From Callorhinchus milii (Eukaryota): a stretch of DNA of 64,000 nucleotides. Shown here in pieces: positions 62,411 through 64,000 of the stretch (position 1 is its first letter; every line of letters starts with the position of its first letter). The stretch covers positions 24,058,001-24,122,000 of the forward strand of contig NW_024704742.1 of assembly GCF_018977255.1 (NCBI RefSeq), in the 5' to 3' direction. The notes beneath the pieces were generated by a model. The model made no database searches. It was not told the DNA's origin and saw only the letters and a list, made by a program, of their open reading frames with translations. The position numbers and the translations under genes are program-made.

Positions 62411-63411
62411 TTCAATGTTCTGTTACAGAAGTGATGTGCGTCATATTCTTAGAATCAATGAAATTATTGCAATGGTTAATGTCAGCAATATACCTTGAAT
62501 TTTAACAGGTAGGGCATTCATTCTGTTGCAAGCTGAAAACACAAACTGGATAACAATTATAACAAGCACCCAATTGTCTTAAAAAGGCCATTGCTAATTT
62601 TTTCTGCTACTGTTTCTCCTCTCCTCTTGAAAATGTTGCTCCTTTTTCCCCCTACCAGGTTGCAATTCACAGACACCAAGTGCGTTTTAGCACCTCACTC
62701 AGGTGACCATTAGTTATGCCTGAGTTGTCATGCACGTACAGTAACTTTAAATTTGGTGCATAATTCAAATCATTTTAACCCTGGCTAGTGAACTTCAATT
62801 ACATTTTCTACTTTAAGATTAAGTTTACCAATATGAATTCAATCTTTCACAGCCATCTTCACACTCCTACCATGTTATTTCCGGTTACTGCTTCATGTTA
62901 CTGGATACTTGTCTAACAATTAGAGCAATACAAAAGTCCATAACGTGGCTATTCATTGAACTCGAGATAATCAGCCATTAGCATTACATTAGGTTCCTCA
63001 TTTACAGCCAAGCACTCTCAAACACCCCAGTGAAGTCAGATTATGAAACGCAGAATCTCAACTTTACTATCTATGTTACATGCAATAATCTGTCCAATTC
63101 TTTCACTGTAAACTACAATATGGAGCCTAACAATTTATGAATCCAAGTCATTGCAAGGACAAGCAGGACATTTGAAAGCTGGTTTTCTAATAAAACCACC
63201 TATCCAAAATTGTTCCAGAAAAAAAACATGTAGAAAAATGTGTAATTGAAATGCACACAAATCACATGGGAAGGTCCAGTGAATTTGTATTTCTTGTTCA
63301 GTACTGAACAATCATTTTACCAGGCTACTTTTTTTTTGTAAATCAAATTCAAATGCAACTACACACCTGACAAGAGTCTGGGTATGGTATTTGAATATGC
63401 TTGAGATTTAC

Positions 63412-63592
63412 ATAATAATCCTTGCATTTGAGCATATACTGTAAAGTGTAGTGTCTATTTTGTAGGCGAAACGCAGCAGCCAATTGCGCACAGCAGTGTC
63501 CCACAAACAGCTGTGGATTGAGTAACCAAATTATTATTTTTTTTTCAAGGGATTATTATCCCCTTGAAAAGCGATCTGTCAATCGACTAAAA
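63412..63592 (-). mobile_element. Fragment of the older, longer SINE subfamily
   Basis: ataataatccttgcatttga...gcagccaattgcgcacagcagtgtcccacaaacag...gggattattatcccc..gaaaagcgatc, as at 19270-19500. Confidence 0.8.
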
Positions 63593-64000
63593 GCCCTTCA
63601 GACACTCGAGCGCAGATGGCAGAAATCACAATACACCGCCAGCTGTGGCTCTTGCACCTCTGCACCTACCGCCTCTCCCTTGCACAGGCCAAAACTGACT
63701 TTTACTCCAAAGTCATCCTGGAGGCAAACAACAATCCAAAGACGCTGTTTTCCATCGTCCATTGCCTCCTCCGGTCACCCCCTCTGTTTCCATGTCAAGC
63801 GCCAAGTGCAAAGAGGCCCTAGACTTCTTCGCCTCAAAGACTGAAAATATCCACTTGGCTGCATCATCCTCCCTCTACCCCCACATTCCCTTCCACCCCA
63901 ACCAGACCACCCACACCACCTTCTCCCTCCGCCATGGCTCCTGCCACTCCCCACTCCTTGCACTCCTTTGCCCCATTTCTCTTTCCGCCCTCTCAATTAC
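63593..64000 (+). mobile_element. L2 ORF2 fragment (linker upstream of RT), runs off the window
   Basis: Peptides LQTLERRWQKS and YRLSLAQAKTDFYSKVILEANNNPKTLFSIVHCLLRSP are typical of the L2 ORF2 linker. Confidence 0.85.

Larger units (their letters stand above)
1604..64000 (-). other. FBXW7: Probable long FBXW7 5'-UTR intron(s); small non-coding exons cannot be excluded
   Basis: An acceptor precedes the ATG exon. No CpG island or other host-gene exon is recognisable over 62 kb. Vertebrate FBXW7-alpha is known to have a very long intron between the promoter exons and the first coding exon. Confidence 0.65.

Noticed and set aside
1..64000. Prokaryote-type systems (operons, CRISPR arrays, defence islands) or endogenous viral genes
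   Set aside because: The sequence is spliced vertebrate DNA with no long ORFs other than the FBXW7 exon and LINE remnants, and no repeat-spacer array.

Overview
This is eukaryotic, repeat-rich vertebrate DNA, most likely from a cartilaginous fish (probably a chimaera). That assignment is inferred from the SINE, L2, CR1 and Penelope repeat repertoire and was not checked against a database. The only recognisable host coding sequence is the FBXW7 alpha-isoform first coding exon on the minus strand (exon 1603..1067, ATG at 1534, MNQELLSGGSKRRRTGGSLRG...). The remaining ~62 kb most likely belongs to the long 5'-UTR intron(s) upstream of it; I could not identify any upstream exon or promoter. This region holds six full-length young tRNA-Ala-derived SINEs that share their 3' tail with L2 LINEs, Deu-domain and AmnSINE2-like SINEs, many decayed L2/CR1 fragments, one L1-like fragment, a TA-flanked Tc1/mariner-type MITE (two copies), Penelope-like foldbacks with degenerate hammerhead cores, and several isolated hairpins. 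The most interesting points are: (1) the FBXW7 exon is 537 nt, stop-free and in one frame from acceptor to donor, so a single-exon circle would be an endless ORF; (2) a 37-bp near-perfect hairpin at 62329-62410; (3) two closely spaced inverted SINE pairs; (4) the S26-Q ATM motif is absent. I found no convincing wholly new biological system. Boundaries of decayed repeats are approximate and family names come from recalled consensus features.
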